DNA from: a virus
Lineage: Duplodnaviria; Heunggongvirae; Uroviricota; Caudoviricetes
Reading direction: 5' to 3' (one strand)
IMG/VR virus record: IMGVR_UViG_2585427725_000003
Length of the DNA stretch: 27,887 bases
Positions 8,576 through 18,929 of the stretch are shown here, one piece after another. The translations under genes and the position numbers were made by a program. The stretch's first letter is position 1. The number at the start of each line of letters is the position of its first letter. Under the pieces are notes generated by a model. It was not told where the DNA came from and did no database searches. It saw only the letters and a list, made by a program, of their open reading frames with translations.

Positions 8576-9072
8576 TGCCTCCATCATTACGAAAAGCCGT
8601 TGCTGCGGCTATTGGTGGCGGGGCTATTGCTATAGCATCTGTGTTAATCACTGGCCCAAGTGGTAACGATGGTCTGGAAGGCGTCAGCTACATACCATAT
8701 AAAGATATCGTTGGTGTATGGACTGTATGTTACGGGCATACCGGAAAAGACATTATGCTCGGTAAAACGTATACCGAAGCAGAATGCAAAGCCCTCCTGA
8801 ATAAAGACCTTGCCACTGTCGCCAGACAAATTAACCCGTACATCAAAGTCGATATACCGGAAACAACGCGCGGCGCTCTTTACTCGTTCGTTTACAACGT
8901 TGGTGCTGGAAATTTCAGAACATCGACGCTTCTTCGCAAAATAAACCAGGGCGATATCAAAGGCGCATGTGATCAGCTACGGCGCTGGACATACGCTGGC
9001 GGTAAGCAATGGAAAGGGCTGATGACTCGCCGTGAGATTGAGCGTGAAGTCTGTTTGTGGGGGCAACAATGA
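8575..9072 (+). CDS. R: Endolysin R, SAR (signal-anchor-release) lysozyme of phage-21 type
   Basis: Track ORF, 165 aa, with Gly/Ala-rich weakly hydrophobic N-terminus ([20 protein letters not shown]) followed by a lysozyme-like domain. TAATG overlap with S. Confidence 0.88.
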   Translation: MPPSLRKAVAAAIGGGAIAIASVLITGPSGNDGLEGVSYIPYKDIVGVWTVCYGHTGKDIMLGKTYTEAECKALLNKDLATVARQINPYIKVDIPETTRGALYSFVYNVGAGNFRTSTLLRKINQGDIKGACDQLRRWTYAGGKQWKGLMTRREIEREVCLWGQQ

Positions 9073-9506
9073 GTAGAGTAACCGTGATTATCTCCGCTCT
9101 GGTTATCTGCATCATCGTCTGCCTGTCATGGGCTGTTAATCATTACCGTGATAACGCCATGACCTACAAAGAACAGCGCGATAAAGCCACATCCATCATC
9201 GCTGATATGCAGAAGCGTCAACGTGATGTAGCAGAACTCGACGCAAGATATACAAAGGAACTTGCTGATGCTAACGCGACTATCGAAAGTCTCCGTGCTG
9301 ATGTTTCTGCTGGGCGTAAGCGCCTGCAAGTCGCCGCCACCTGTGCAAAGTCAACGACCGGAGCCAGCAGCATGGGCGATGGAGAAAGCCCAAGACTTAC
9401 AGCAGATGCTGAACTCAATTATTACCGTCTCCGAAGTGGAATCGACAGGATAACCGCGCAGGTTAACTACTTGCAGGAATACATCAGGACGCAATGCCTT
9501 CGATGA
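9069..9506 (+). CDS. Rz: Rz (inner-membrane spanin)
   Basis: ATG at 9069 overlapping the R stop (ATGA): [26 protein letters not shown]..., N-terminal TM segment then coiled-coil-like region. Confidence 0.85.
   Translation: MSRVTVIISALVICIIVCLSWAVNHYRDNAMTYKEQRDKATSIIADMQKRQRDVAELDARYTKELADANATIESLRADVSAGRKRLQVAATCAKSTTGASSMGDGESPRLTADAELNYYRLRSGIDRITAQVNYLQEYIRTQCLR
9268..9453 (+). CDS. Rz1: Rz1 (outer-membrane lipoprotein spanin) embedded in the +1 frame of Rz
   Basis: ATG at 9268 after AAAGGAA: [36 protein letters not shown]..., lipobox LGVSAC and Pro-rich mature part, entirely inside Rz. Confidence 0.8.
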   Translation: MLTRLSKVSVLMFLLGVSACKSPPPVQSQRPEPAAWAMEKAQDLQQMLNSIITVSEVESTG

Positions 9507-9948
9507 TAGCGATAATTTTACTCATCATCCTTCACATCTGGCTCTGTAGACAGGGTGGTGATCACTTCTGGAGTGAATCCAGATTAAACATCTCATTGCT
9601 GATGCTTGAAGTTGAGCATCTGGCGCGCGGTAAGGGGCTGCGTTGAGATAAGAGCCAGTTCATTACAAAGCCTATCTACGGGTGGGCTTGATAATGAAAC
9701 CGGAATTTATTCTGGGCAACCAGTTACGGCAGTACAGCGAAACAACCCAAGCCAGTAAGTGGGGAAATAACACTGGCAGCCACTGAAAGATGAACCTCCA
9801 GCCTTATGGCAAAAAAGATTCTTTGTGGTGGCGGACTGATGGAAAGACATCGGTTATTGCAGAGACCATTCAATGAGTGGTCTCGACAATGGCTTATATC
9901 CTGCTAAGAGTGATTAACTGGGTGGCAAAAGTTCACCACCAACATCAA

Positions 9949-10380
9949 TTAGATTAAATTATTTCGATAAGCAGAATCGATTAGAGCGTTCATAAAGAGA
10001 TACTCAACATCTTCGGTATAGTCGATGTCTATTGGAGCTGTTGAGTCAAGCGCCCCAAAATGCATGCAATTGTTCCAATCAAGAAAAATTTTATGAAACT
10101 CCTGTTTTTTTCCATCTCGCGATGTGTAAAAAGTAATAACCCCAATTAATGAGCCTTCGTGAAGTGAAAGCTTACTTTCTGTAAAACACTTAAAGCGTAG
10201 CTGTGGAATTGAAACCTCAAGCTCTCCATCATTTAGCTCTATGGAAATTTGCTTATTAAGGTCTCGTTTGTTATTCCATGCGGTGTTAACACGTTCTAAT
10301 AAATCATTCGTATTTTGCTGTAATAACTCACCTTTCCTAGAAAGTAACTGTGACAATCCGATAAACGTTAATGAGCTCAT
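9949..10380 (-). CDS. Hypothetical protein (143 aa), antisense to the late operon between Rz and terminase (bor-like moron position)
   Basis: Minus-strand ATG at 10380 preceded by AAAGGTGA: MSSLTFIGLSQLLSRKGELLQQNTNDLLERVNTAWNNKRDLNKQISIELNDGELEVSIPQLRF... No motif I recognise. Noticeably AT-rich by eye. The track ORF extends to 10407 but that start lacks an RBS. Confidence 0.6.
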   Translation of the reverse strand: MSSLTFIGLSQLLSRKGELLQQNTNDLLERVNTAWNNKRDLNKQISIELNDGELEVSIPQLRFKCFTESKLSLHEGSLIGVITFYTSRDGKKQEFHKIFLDWNNCMHFGALDSTAPIDIDYTEDVEYLFMNALIDSAYRNNLI

Positions 10381-10400
10381 AAATTCACCTTTGAGAAAAA

Positions 10401-10952
10401 ATGGCACTCACAGACAAGCAAGAGATGTTCTGTCGCGAGTACCTCATCGATTTAAACGCCACGCAAGCGGCTATTCGGGCGGGGTACAGCGCAAAAACAG
10501 CCAACCGTACCGCATCCGAAAACCTGTCAAAACCTGACATCAAGTTAAGAATCGCCGAACTGAAAGCGCAACGCAATGATCTTGTTGGTATTAATGCAGA
10601 ATATGTACTTAATCGCCTTATTGAAATCGACCAGATGGATGTGCTTGACATTCTCCTGCAAAACGGTGAGCTAAAACCCATTAAAGACTGGCCTAAGGTA
10701 TGGCGCACAACGTTATCAGGAATGGATGTCGTGGAGATGGCATCCGCAGATAGCGCCGCACTTCTGAAGAAAATCAAATGGCCTGATAAGGTTAAAAACC
10801 TTGAGTTGCTCGGGCGTCATGTTTCTGTTCAGGCGTTTAAAGACAATGTCAAAAATGAAGTGACTGGTGCTGACGGAGGACCAGTCAGAACAGAAATTAC
10901 CAACTTAACGCCGGAGCAGGTTGCAGAAGCGTATAGAAAAATGATGGGCTAA
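10401..10952 (+). CDS. Terminase small subunit (P27-family-like)
   Basis: Track ORF, 183 aa, [34 protein letters not shown]..., a typical TerS N-terminus. Immediately precedes terL. Confidence 0.78.
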   Translation: MALTDKQEMFCREYLIDLNATQAAIRAGYSAKTANRTASENLSKPDIKLRIAELKAQRNDLVGINAEYVLNRLIEIDQMDVLDILLQNGELKPIKDWPKVWRTTLSGMDVVEMASADSAALLKKIKWPDKVKNLELLGRHVSVQAFKDNVKNEVTGADGGPVRTEITNLTPEQVAEAYRKMMG

Positions 10953-10954
10953 GT

Positions 10955-12577
10955 ATGCCGTTACCATTCCCCTTCGATTTTAAAAATCCTGATTACCAGA
11001 TGGTTTTTGAATGGCGGATGGAACGCTTACAGCGCATTCGCCAGAACCCTGAAATATTGCCAGCACTAAAACAGTTTTACCGAACCAATCCGGCTCAGTT
11101 CATCATCGACTGGGGCATGACAACGGACCCGCGTAATATTGATTATGGCCTGCCGGTGACCATTCCGTTTTTACTCTTCCCTAAGCAGGAGGAGTGGATC
11201 CACTGGATTATGGAACGCTGGAGCAATCGGGAGAATGGTATTACCGAAAAATCCCGTGAAATGGGGCTCAGTTGGACCGCGATCGGACTGGCATGCTCGC
11301 TTTGTCTCTTCAACAAAGAAATGGTTATCGGTTTTGGCTCCCGTAAAGAGGAATACGTCGACAGCACTGGTGACCCGAAAGCATTGTTCTGGAAGGCGCG
11401 CAAGTTCGTGGAAACGCTACCTGTAGAGTTTCGCGGTTCGTGGAGTGAGAAGAAGCACGCGCCATATATGCGTGTTGAGTTTCCTGAAACTGGTGCCGTT
11501 ATCAAAGGCGAGGCTGGCGATAATATTGGTCGTGGTGACCGTACCACGCTTTATCTGGTTGATGAGGCTGCATTCCTTCAGCGTCCTCTGCTGATTGATG
11601 CGGCGTTGTCACAAACGACGCGTTGCCGTATCGACCTGAGTTCAGTTAACGGCATGGCTAACCCGTTCGCTCAGAAGCGTCATGGCGGGAAGATACCGGT
11701 ATTCACATTCCACTGGCGGGATGATCCTCGCAAGGATGAAGAGTGGTATCGCAGGGAATGCGAGAAAATCGATAATCCGGTGGTGGTGGCACAGGAACTT
11801 GATCTGAACTACAGCGCATCAGCGGAAGGCGTCCTGATTCCATCCGAATGGGTACAGGCTGCCGTTGATGCGCATATCAGACTGGGTATCCAGCCAACAG
11901 GCAAACGACTTGGCGCGATGGATGTCGCTGATGAAGGCAGGGACAAAAATGCCTTTTCCACCCGTCATGGCTTCCTCCTGGAAAATGTGCGGGAATGGTC
12001 CGGTGTGGGCAGCGACATTTATCAGTCCGTCGAGAAGGTTTTCGGCTTTTGCGAACAGGACAACCTCGAAGAGTTTCGCTTTGACGAGGACGGGCTGGGC
12101 GCTGGCGTTCGCGGCGATGCACGCGCTATCAACGAACTGCGTAACGCTGCGCGTCGACCGTCAATACTTGCCACACCGTTTCGAGGTAGTGGCGCGGTAT
12201 TTGATCCGGATGATGAAGCTGTTCGCGGGGACAACGGGCAAGCCGCACGTCTGAACAAGGACTTCTTCGCTAACGCCAAAGCCCAGAGCTGGTGGCGGTT
12301 ACGTAAACTTTTTCAGAATACCTGGCGCGCCGTGGTTGAAGGTATGGCTTACAACCCGGACGAAATCATCTCAATCAGCAGTAGCATGGCACTCAAAGAT
12401 AAACTCATCATCGAGCTTTCGCAGCCGACCTATTCCATTAATGGTGTGGGAAAAATAGTTATTGATAAACAGCCTGATGGAACCCGATCGCCAAACCTTG
12501 CCGACTCGGTGATGATCAACTATGCCCCAATGAATTCAGCCCTGAACATCTGGGAGCTGCTAGGGAGACAGGCCTGA
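10955..12577 (+). CDS. Terminase large subunit
   Basis: Track ORF, 540 aa. Walker-B-like LYLVDEAAF; size and position between terS and portal. Confidence 0.82.
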   Translation: MPLPFPFDFKNPDYQMVFEWRMERLQRIRQNPEILPALKQFYRTNPAQFIIDWGMTTDPRNIDYGLPVTIPFLLFPKQEEWIHWIMERWSNRENGITEKSREMGLSWTAIGLACSLCLFNKEMVIGFGSRKEEYVDSTGDPKALFWKARKFVETLPVEFRGSWSEKKHAPYMRVEFPETGAVIKGEAGDNIGRGDRTTLYLVDEAAFLQRPLLIDAALSQTTRCRIDLSSVNGMANPFAQKRHGGKIPVFTFHWRDDPRKDEEWYRRECEKIDNPVVVAQELDLNYSASAEGVLIPSEWVQAAVDAHIRLGIQPTGKRLGAMDVADEGRDKNAFSTRHGFLLENVREWSGVGSDIYQSVEKVFGFCEQDNLEEFRFDEDGLGAGVRGDARAINELRNAARRPSILATPFRGSGAVFDPDDEAVRGDNGQAARLNKDFFANAKAQSWWRLRKLFQNTWRAVVEGMAYNPDEIISISSSMALKDKLIIELSQPTYSINGVGKIVIDKQPDGTRSPNLADSVMINYAPMNSALNIWELLGRQA

Positions 12578-14043
12578 TGGCACGAAACAAACAAGCCCTG
12601 CGGCGAACTGCGCAGGCCACAGCTGATGGTTATGAGAATTTTATTGCCCGCGTAGGGATGCAGACAACTAACCAGCACTCAGCATCCACCTACCGGGCTA
12701 ATTTCACCAGTCGTAACCGCATGCTGGTGGAATGGTCCTATCGTTCGTCCTGGATCATCGGCGAAGCGGTCGATGCTATCCCGGATGATATGACCCGCAA
12801 AGGCATTCGCATCACTTCGGAAATTGATGCAAAAGATCGCGGCATTCTCGAATCACAACTGGATGAGTTGCAAATCTGGGATGCGCTGAATGACGTGCTG
12901 AAATGGTCGCGCCTCTACGGCGGCGCGGTGGGTTTCATCATGATTGAGGGGCAGGCACCAATGACCCCGCTGCGACCCGAAACCATCGGTAAGGGCAAGT
13001 TTAAGGGGATTCTCCCGCTCGACCGCTGGATGATTGACCCGGTACTGACCCGCCGCATTAAAGATATGGGGCCGGACCTGGGTAAACCTGAGTTTTACGA
13101 TGTGGTGACCACAGCAACGGGAATTCCTGCCTGGCGCATTCATCACAGTCGACTGATTCGCTTTGATGGCGTCACGCTGCCATTTCAGCAGAAGATGACC
13201 GAGAACGAATGGGGAATGTCGGTTGTAGAGCGTATCTGGGATCGTCTTACCGCGTTCGACAGCGCTACTGTCGGCGCGGCGCAGCTGGTCTACAAAGCGC
13301 ATTTGCGTACCTACAGCGTGGAGAAGCTACGCGAGCTTATCGCACTTGGTGGTCCTGCGTATGAAGCGTTGCTGAAGAATATTGACCTGATTCGACAGTT
13401 CCAGAGCAATGAAGGCATGACTCTCATGGACTCGCGGGATAAGTTTGAAACCCATCAGTACAGCTTCAGTGGTCTGGATGACATCCTTTCACAGTTTGCA
13501 GAACAGATTAGTGGCGCTGTTGGTATCCCACTGGTGCGGTTGTTCGGACAGTCCCCGAAGGGATTTTCTACCGGCGATGCAGACCTTGCCAACTATTACG
13601 ACCGGGTAAGCTCGTTGCAGGAGAGGCGTTTACGTCTTCCGGTGCGGCGGATACTGGACATCATGCATCGTTCGGAGCTTGGCAAGCCGCTGCCGGACGA
13701 TTTCACGTTTGAGTTTAACCCGCTCTGGCAAATGTCTGATGTCGATCGCTCAACGGTGGCGTTAAACACTACCAACGCAATCAGTACAGCGCTGGGTGAT
13801 GGTCTGATGACACTGAAAGCCGCTATGACTGATTTGCGAGAAAATTCTGACGTAACCGGCATCGGGGCATCCATTACCGACGAGGACATAGAGAATGCCG
13901 AAGACGAAGCGCCGCCCGGCATCGGCGAACCTGATGACGAACCGCAGGAACCGTCAGGCGGAAATCCGGTATCGAACCAGCCTACGCAGGATAGCGCGGG
14001 CGGTAGGGGACATCGTAAATGGTCACTACGATGGTTCAAATGA
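12577..14043 (+). CDS. Portal protein
   Basis: Track ORF, 488 aa, directly after terL (TGATG overlap). Acidic disordered C-terminal tail typical of portals. Confidence 0.78.
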   Translation: MARNKQALRRTAQATADGYENFIARVGMQTTNQHSASTYRANFTSRNRMLVEWSYRSSWIIGEAVDAIPDDMTRKGIRITSEIDAKDRGILESQLDELQIWDALNDVLKWSRLYGGAVGFIMIEGQAPMTPLRPETIGKGKFKGILPLDRWMIDPVLTRRIKDMGPDLGKPEFYDVVTTATGIPAWRIHHSRLIRFDGVTLPFQQKMTENEWGMSVVERIWDRLTAFDSATVGAAQLVYKAHLRTYSVEKLRELIALGGPAYEALLKNIDLIRQFQSNEGMTLMDSRDKFETHQYSFSGLDDILSQFAEQISGAVGIPLVRLFGQSPKGFSTGDADLANYYDRVSSLQERRLRLPVRRILDIMHRSELGKPLPDDFTFEFNPLWQMSDVDRSTVALNTTNAISTALGDGLMTLKAAMTDLRENSDVTGIGASITDEDIENAEDEAPPGIGEPDDEPQEPSGGNPVSNQPTQDSAGGRGHRKWSLRWFK

Positions 14044-14668
14044 CAGTATCACGGAAATTATTGAGGCGCTGGAACGCTACAGTGAAATCATCACCCCCTG
14101 GGCGACAAAGGTCGCGGAAAACTTTACCGCCGATATTGTGCGCAAGAATGATGAGCAGTGGCGTAAACACAGCAAAACCATCAGCCGTGAGCTACGCAAT
14201 CTGGTAAACAGTGCCCCGCCAGGGCAGGTGATGAAATCCATCGTTGCTGAACAGGTTAAGTACATTAAATCGCTACCCCTCGAGGCGGCTGACAGGGTGT
14301 ACGACATCCAGAATCGGGCGATTGAAGCTGTTGTGACCGGTGGGAGAGCGGAACATTTTGCTAAAGAAATAGCCGCATCGGGTGATATAGCAAAGTCCAG
14401 AGCTGACCTGATTGCCCGTACTGAACTTGGACGTGCAACCGGCGCGCTGGATCAGGCGCGTGCGCTGGCAATTGGTTCGAATGGTTATATCTGGCGTACA
14501 GCCGAAGATGGTGACGTCAGGCATTCTCATCGGGAAATGGAAGGTAAATTTGTCGAATGGGGCAAACCTCCAACGCTTGATGGCATGACCGGTCACGCTG
14601 GCGAGCTCCCGAATTGTCGCTGTTATAAAGAAATCGTTTTTCCCACCTCCCATTCTTATCCCGCCTGA
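13895..14668 (+). CDS. Head morphogenesis / minor head protein (Mu F / SPP1 gp7-like)
   Basis: Track ORF, 257 aa; ATG at 13895 with GAGGA 8 nt upstream. Position after portal. Overlaps the portal 3' end by 149 nt in another frame. Confidence 0.7.
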   Translation: MPKTKRRPASANLMTNRRNRQAEIRYRTSLRRIARAVGDIVNGHYDGSNDSITEIIEALERYSEIITPWATKVAENFTADIVRKNDEQWRKHSKTISRELRNLVNSAPPGQVMKSIVAEQVKYIKSLPLEAADRVYDIQNRAIEAVVTGGRAEHFAKEIAASGDIAKSRADLIARTELGRATGALDQARALAIGSNGYIWRTAEDGDVRHSHREMEGKFVEWGKPPTLDGMTGHAGELPNCRCYKEIVFPTSHSYPA

Positions 14669-14682
14669 ATCGCAGGTAACAC

Positions 14683-15903
14683 ATGAAATATTTTTTCAAT
14701 ACCCGGCTGGGGGAAACCCGCTATCAGCTGGCTGACGGCTCGTTGCTGTGCAAAGACGTGCCGATAGGACGAACAGGTAAGCAGCTCTATGGTGCTGATG
14801 ACCTGCCAAAACTGAAACCCGATAAGTTCGGTGAAATAGTCGTCACGCGTTCTCCTGAGCAGGTATTCCATCCCGCCACGCTTGCCTCATTCGAAGGAAT
14901 GAGTATCACGGTGTTGCATCCCGAGGATGAAAACGGGGATGTGCGGCTGGTGAATCCAGAGAACTGGAAAGAGCTCGCGGTCGGGCATCTTCAGAATGTC
15001 CGGCGCGGGACGGGTGTGCAGTCTGATTTGATGCTGGCTGACCTTATCGTCAAAGACGAAAACGCCATTCAGCTGATCGAAGATGGCCTGCGCGAAGTGT
15101 CGTGTGGCTATGACGCGGAATATAAGCAGACTGAGCCGGGTAAGGCTGAGCAGGTTGATATTACCGGAAACCATGTGGCTCTTGTCCCTAAAGGCAGAGC
15201 CGGAAATCGTTGTGCAATTGGAGACAGAGACACAATGGCAAATCAAAAGAAAAGCTGGTGGACCCGCATGCGCACGGCCATCAAAACGGGTGACGCTGAC
15301 ACCATGAACGAACTGGTGGAGTCGGCTCCCGCATCGGTTACAGGAGATGAGGGGGATTTGCCGCAGGGCGTTAATCTCAACATCAACCTGTCCCCGCAGC
15401 AACCGCTACCGGACAAAGCACCAGAGATGGGCGGAGGTCCAACGGGCGACAGTGATGATGACCTCAAAACATTACTGAAAGCCCTGCTGGCTAAGCTGGA
15501 AGGAAATGCGACGGGCGATAACGACAATAAGCCTGACGATAATCCGACCGGTGACGGCGAGGACGATGAAGAGGAAACCACGATTACTGGTGACTCAGCC
15601 TGGCGTGCCGAAGTTATCGTTCCGGGTATTGATCTGAGCCGTAAGATGAAACCGACCGCGTTCAAACGTGAGGTTCTGGCTTCTGCTGACAAAACGCTGG
15701 TTCGCCAGATAGTCGGTGATGCGGATATCCGCAAATTGCCGAAACAATCAGTCGACATGGCGTTTAATGCCGTGTCTGAGATTGCCAAAGGGCGAAACAC
15801 CCGCGCCACCACCGGCGATGCACAGCGCCCAAATATGGGCATGACCAGTATCGCTTCCCTGAACAAACAAAACGCTGAATTCTGGGCAAACCGTAAAGGG
15901 TAA
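14683..15903 (+). CDS. Putative scaffolding protein (possibly with N-terminal protease-like domain)
   Basis: Track ORF, 406 aa. Highly acidic, low-complexity central region (GDSDDDL...GDGEDDEEE). Position immediately before the capsid genes. Confidence 0.5.
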   Translation: MKYFFNTRLGETRYQLADGSLLCKDVPIGRTGKQLYGADDLPKLKPDKFGEIVVTRSPEQVFHPATLASFEGMSITVLHPEDENGDVRLVNPENWKELAVGHLQNVRRGTGVQSDLMLADLIVKDENAIQLIEDGLREVSCGYDAEYKQTEPGKAEQVDITGNHVALVPKGRAGNRCAIGDRDTMANQKKSWWTRMRTAIKTGDADTMNELVESAPASVTGDEGDLPQGVNLNINLSPQQPLPDKAPEMGGGPTGDSDDDLKTLLKALLAKLEGNATGDNDNKPDDNPTGDGEDDEEETTITGDSAWRAEVIVPGIDLSRKMKPTAFKREVLASADKTLVRQIVGDADIRKLPKQSVDMAFNAVSEIAKGRNTRATTGDAQRPNMGMTSIASLNKQNAEFWANRKG

Positions 15904-15906
15904 AAA

Positions 15907-16413
15907 ATGAATAATGTATTTCTGTACCGGATGCCTGTTGGCATTGCCGGGGCTGTCTCTCGCCCGCAGGACTTAACCGTCGAACCGGTGGTCCTTAAAT
16001 CCGATAACGCCTTTGCTGCCTATGGGCTGGCTGGTAAATACGATGATGACGGTTTTTTCGTGCCGCTGGCAGATGGTGATACCGCAGACAAGGTGAAGGG
16101 GATCTACGTGCGCCCTTATCCGACCACGTCGCAGCCGGACATGGTTCGCCAGGTGGGAACAGGCAAGAACTTCCCGGGCGACGCAATGAAGCGTGGCTAC
16201 GTGACCGTTAATCTCGGTTCTGATTTTGATGCCAGCACCATCAAAAAAGGCGACCCGGTATACGTTGTCGTCTCCACTGATGAATCCATCAAAGTGCCGC
16301 TGGGTGGATTCATGGCCACGTCAGTCAGTGGCAAAAACGTGGTGCTGACCAACGCTGAATTCACAGGTGCCGGTGATGCTAACGGCAATGCAGAAATTTC
16401 CTGGAAGATTTAA
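15907..16413 (+). CDS. Head structural protein (possible decoration/auxiliary capsid protein)
   Basis: Track ORF, 168 aa, between scaffold and major capsid gene. Function from position only. Confidence 0.4.
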   Translation: MNNVFLYRMPVGIAGAVSRPQDLTVEPVVLKSDNAFAAYGLAGKYDDDGFFVPLADGDTADKVKGIYVRPYPTTSQPDMVRQVGTGKNFPGDAMKRGYVTVNLGSDFDASTIKKGDPVYVVVSTDESIKVPLGGFMATSVSGKNVVLTNAEFTGAGDANGNAEISWKI

Positions 16414-16424
16414 GGAACAGACGA

Positions 16425-17366
16425 ATGATTACTTTTGATCAGGCAACCGTTGACAGCTCTGGTGCCTTTCTCATCGGGGAGCTGGAGCGACTCGACCAGA
16501 CGCTGAACCTGCCACTGGTGGGGTACACCTGGACCCGCGATATCCAACTGCGTGAAGATGTCTCCATCGCAGATGACATTTCCAGCTGGACGAATACCAG
16601 CTTCGCCGCTGCGGGTACTGGTGCAAATCCGAATGGCAAAAACTGGGTAGGCAAAGACTCAACCGCTATTGCTGGCGTGAACGTGGATATCGGCAAATCT
16701 GGTAACCCGCTGAACCTGTGGGGGATGGAACTTGGCTGGACGGTCATAGAATTGCAGGCTGCTCAGCAGGTCGGCCGCCCGATTGATACGCAGAAGTATG
16801 ACGGTATGCAACTGAAATGGCAGATGGATAACGATGAACAGGTATATGTTGGCGATTCCGCATTAAACCTGAAAGGCCTTGTTACCCTGGACGGCGTGCC
16901 TGTCAACAACGCTGCCAAAACGTGGGCAACCTCAACACCGGACGAAATCCGCGCAAGCATTAACCAGGTACTGTCTGATGCGTGGGCCGCTTCCGGTTAC
17001 TCTGTGGTTCCGCGTGATTTGCTGATCCCGCCTGAGCAGTTTGCTCTGTTGTCCAGCATCATCGTTTCATCTGCGGGTAACCAGTCCCTGTTGACGTACC
17101 TTCAGACCAACACCATCAGCTATCACCAGAACGGTATTCCGCTGAATATCCGCGCGGTTAAATGGCTGAAAGGCCGTGGTGTGGGGAATAAGGATCGCAT
17201 GGTTGCGTACACCAACGATAAAAAATACGTCCGCTACCCGCTGGTTCCGCTTCAGAGCGTGCCGGTGCAGTATCGCGGTCTGTATCAGATCGTCACTTAC
17301 TACGGCAAGCTGGGTGCAGTCGAGCCAGTGTACAAAGAAACCATTTCGTACGTTGATGGCATTTAA
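16425..17366 (+). CDS. Major capsid protein
   Basis: Track ORF, 313 aa, following scaffold-like gene and followed by a strong GC hairpin. Assignment from size and position. Confidence 0.65.
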   Translation: MITFDQATVDSSGAFLIGELERLDQTLNLPLVGYTWTRDIQLREDVSIADDISSWTNTSFAAAGTGANPNGKNWVGKDSTAIAGVNVDIGKSGNPLNLWGMELGWTVIELQAAQQVGRPIDTQKYDGMQLKWQMDNDEQVYVGDSALNLKGLVTLDGVPVNNAAKTWATSTPDEIRASINQVLSDAWAASGYSVVPRDLLIPPEQFALLSSIIVSSAGNQSLLTYLQTNTISYHQNGIPLNIRAVKWLKGRGVGNKDRMVAYTNDKKYVRYPLVPLQSVPVQYRGLYQIVTYYGKLGAVEPVYKETISYVDGI

Positions 17367-17373
17367 CAGCCAC

Positions 17374-17394
17374 ATGGCCCCCTGGCGGGGCCAT
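17374..17394 (+). other. Stable GC hairpin 8 nt after the major capsid gene (no U-tract)
   Basis: ATGGCCCC-CTGGC-GGGGCCAT: perfect 8-bp stem, 5-nt loop, followed by TAAGGATG. Confidence 0.5.
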
Positions 17395-17407
17395 TAAGGA
17401 TGACCCG

Positions 17408-17629
17408 ATGGCAAAAAATAATGCAGTAATACACGTACATACCCCGTTTGTGCTCACGCTTCCCGACGGTTCACGGCGCGAGTTTGTTAAAGGCCGTCAT
17501 GCTGTGGAGGAAGACGTTGCCACGCACTGGTTCACTCGTGCGCACGCGGAAGTATCCGTTGGCAAAGCCACAGACGCGCGTAACGAGGTAAAAAATGCCA
17601 AAGAATCAAAGTCTGCCAGCGGTAAGTGA
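17408..17629 (+). CDS. Small hypothetical head/neck protein (73 aa)
   Basis: Track ORF with AAGGA upstream of ATG 17408. Confidence 0.45.
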   Translation: MAKNNAVIHVHTPFVLTLPDGSRREFVKGRHAVEEDVATHWFTRAHAEVSVGKATDARNEVKNAKESKSASGK

Positions 17630-18002
17630 TTTTCGCCGCGACTTCCCGCAGTTTGCTGACCCTGCCAAATATCCCGAAGCGCAAATCCAGTTTCGTCTGA
17701 ATCTGGCCGATGAACTGCTGAGCGAAAACGTCACCGGCAAAAAGTTGTTTCCGTACTTTGCCGGGTTGTTCGTTGCGCACTACATGACGCTCTGGGCGGC
17801 AGACAGCCGGGCGATGCTGGCTGGTGGTTCGGGCGGTTCAACCAATGGTGTTCAGTCCTCAAAGTCCGTGGATAAGGTAAGCGTCAGTTATGACACCAGC
17901 GCGACGCTGAATCCTGATGCAGGTTTCTGGAATAACACCCGATATGGCGCTGAATTTTATCAGTTGATCACGATGTTCGGTGCAGGCGGTCGCCAGCTAT
18001 GA
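17595..18002 (+). CDS. Putative head-tail connector/adaptor protein
   Basis: Track ORF, 135 aa, GAGGT 5 nt upstream. Position in the head-to-tail joining block. Confidence 0.45.
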   Translation: MPKNQSLPAVSDFRRDFPQFADPAKYPEAQIQFRLNLADELLSENVTGKKLFPYFAGLFVAHYMTLWAADSRAMLAGGSGGSTNGVQSSKSVDKVSVSYDTSATLNPDAGFWNNTRYGAEFYQLITMFGAGGRQL

Positions 18003-18553
18003 GTTTCAAAAGCGGTGTAACAACGAGGGTGGATAACGCTAAGGCCATTCTGGATGCGCTCAGGTCGTTAACCAAAAAAGATGTGCTGGTCGGCATCCCT
18101 TCGGAAGACAGCGAGCGGGATGATGTTCCGTTTGGTAATGCGGGCATCGGTTACCTCAACGAATACGGCTCACCAGAGCAGAACATCCCGCCACGACCTC
18201 ACCTGATCCCCGGCGTTAAATCGGTAGAGGAACAGACGTTGCCGCAGCTCAAAACAGCGGCGCAGGCTGCGCTTGATGGAAATGCGGCGGGGGCGGAAAG
18301 AGCGCTCAACCGCGCCGGAACGCTGGCCGCTAATGGCGTCAGGCGTTACATGACTATTACCGGCTTTACACCGCTTGCTGATAGCACCGTTGAAGCCCGC
18401 GCGCGTCGAGGGCGTAAAGGGGCGAAAGCGGAACTTGCCCGGCGTGCTGCTGGCGAATCTCCCGGAACCGATCTGGCGAAACCATTAATTGACACCGGGC
18501 AATATCGCAGAGCTATTACCCATGTAGTGAGGGATAAAGATGCCGACTCTTGA
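17999..18553 (+). CDS. Putative head-tail joining protein
   Basis: Track ORF, 184 aa, ATGA-coupled to the previous gene. Confidence 0.45.
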   Translation: MSFKSGVTTRVDNAKAILDALRSLTKKDVLVGIPSEDSERDDVPFGNAGIGYLNEYGSPEQNIPPRPHLIPGVKSVEEQTLPQLKTAAQAALDGNAAGAERALNRAGTLAANGVRRYMTITGFTPLADSTVEARARRGRKGAKAELARRAAGESPGTDLAKPLIDTGQYRRAITHVVRDKDADS

Positions 18554-18929
18554 TGTAACAGATGTGCTTTTTGACCCCGATTTTTGCGACTTCAATTTGT
18601 GGGTAACACGCCGAGTGCAAACGGTGGATGAGGACGGGATCGGCAGCGACAGCGAAGTTAAAAAGCAGTTTGCCGGAGTCGTAACTGTTGATCGCTCTCT
18701 GGAAAACCGCCGTATGCAGGCAGGGCAGGTAATCAGCGGTGCAATTCTGATTGTGACGACTGAGCGACTGACGCAGGGACAGACTGGCCGTGATGCCGAT
18801 ATCGTGACGTATCAGGGCCGTGATTATCGTGTGACCTTCGTCGACCCGTATACAGCTTATGGTGCCGGATTCGTTCAGGCGCATTGTGAGTTGCTGCCGT
18901 TTGATGGGGGAATTCCGGTTGAGCAATAA
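18540..18929 (+). CDS. Putative head-tail joining / tail completion protein
   Basis: Track ORF, 129 aa, overlapping the previous gene by 14 nt. Confidence 0.45.
   Translation: MPTLDVTDVLFDPDFCDFNLWVTRRVQTVDEDGIGSDSEVKKQFAGVVTVDRSLENRRMQAGQVISGAILIVTTERLTQGQTGRDADIVTYQGRDYRVTFVDPYTAYGAGFVQAHCELLPFDGGIPVEQ

Noticed and set aside
12288-12295. Chi site GCTGGTGG (another at 17820..17827)
   Set aside because: Single octamers are expected by chance in E. coli-like DNA. Not evidence of a specific feature.
11143-14039. Several minus-strand track ORFs inside terL and portal (11143..11547, 11877..12122, 12022..12279, 12853..13302, 13596..14039)
   Set aside because: All antisense to long, well-supported structural genes in a high-GC region where shadow ORFs are expected. 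No RBS context.
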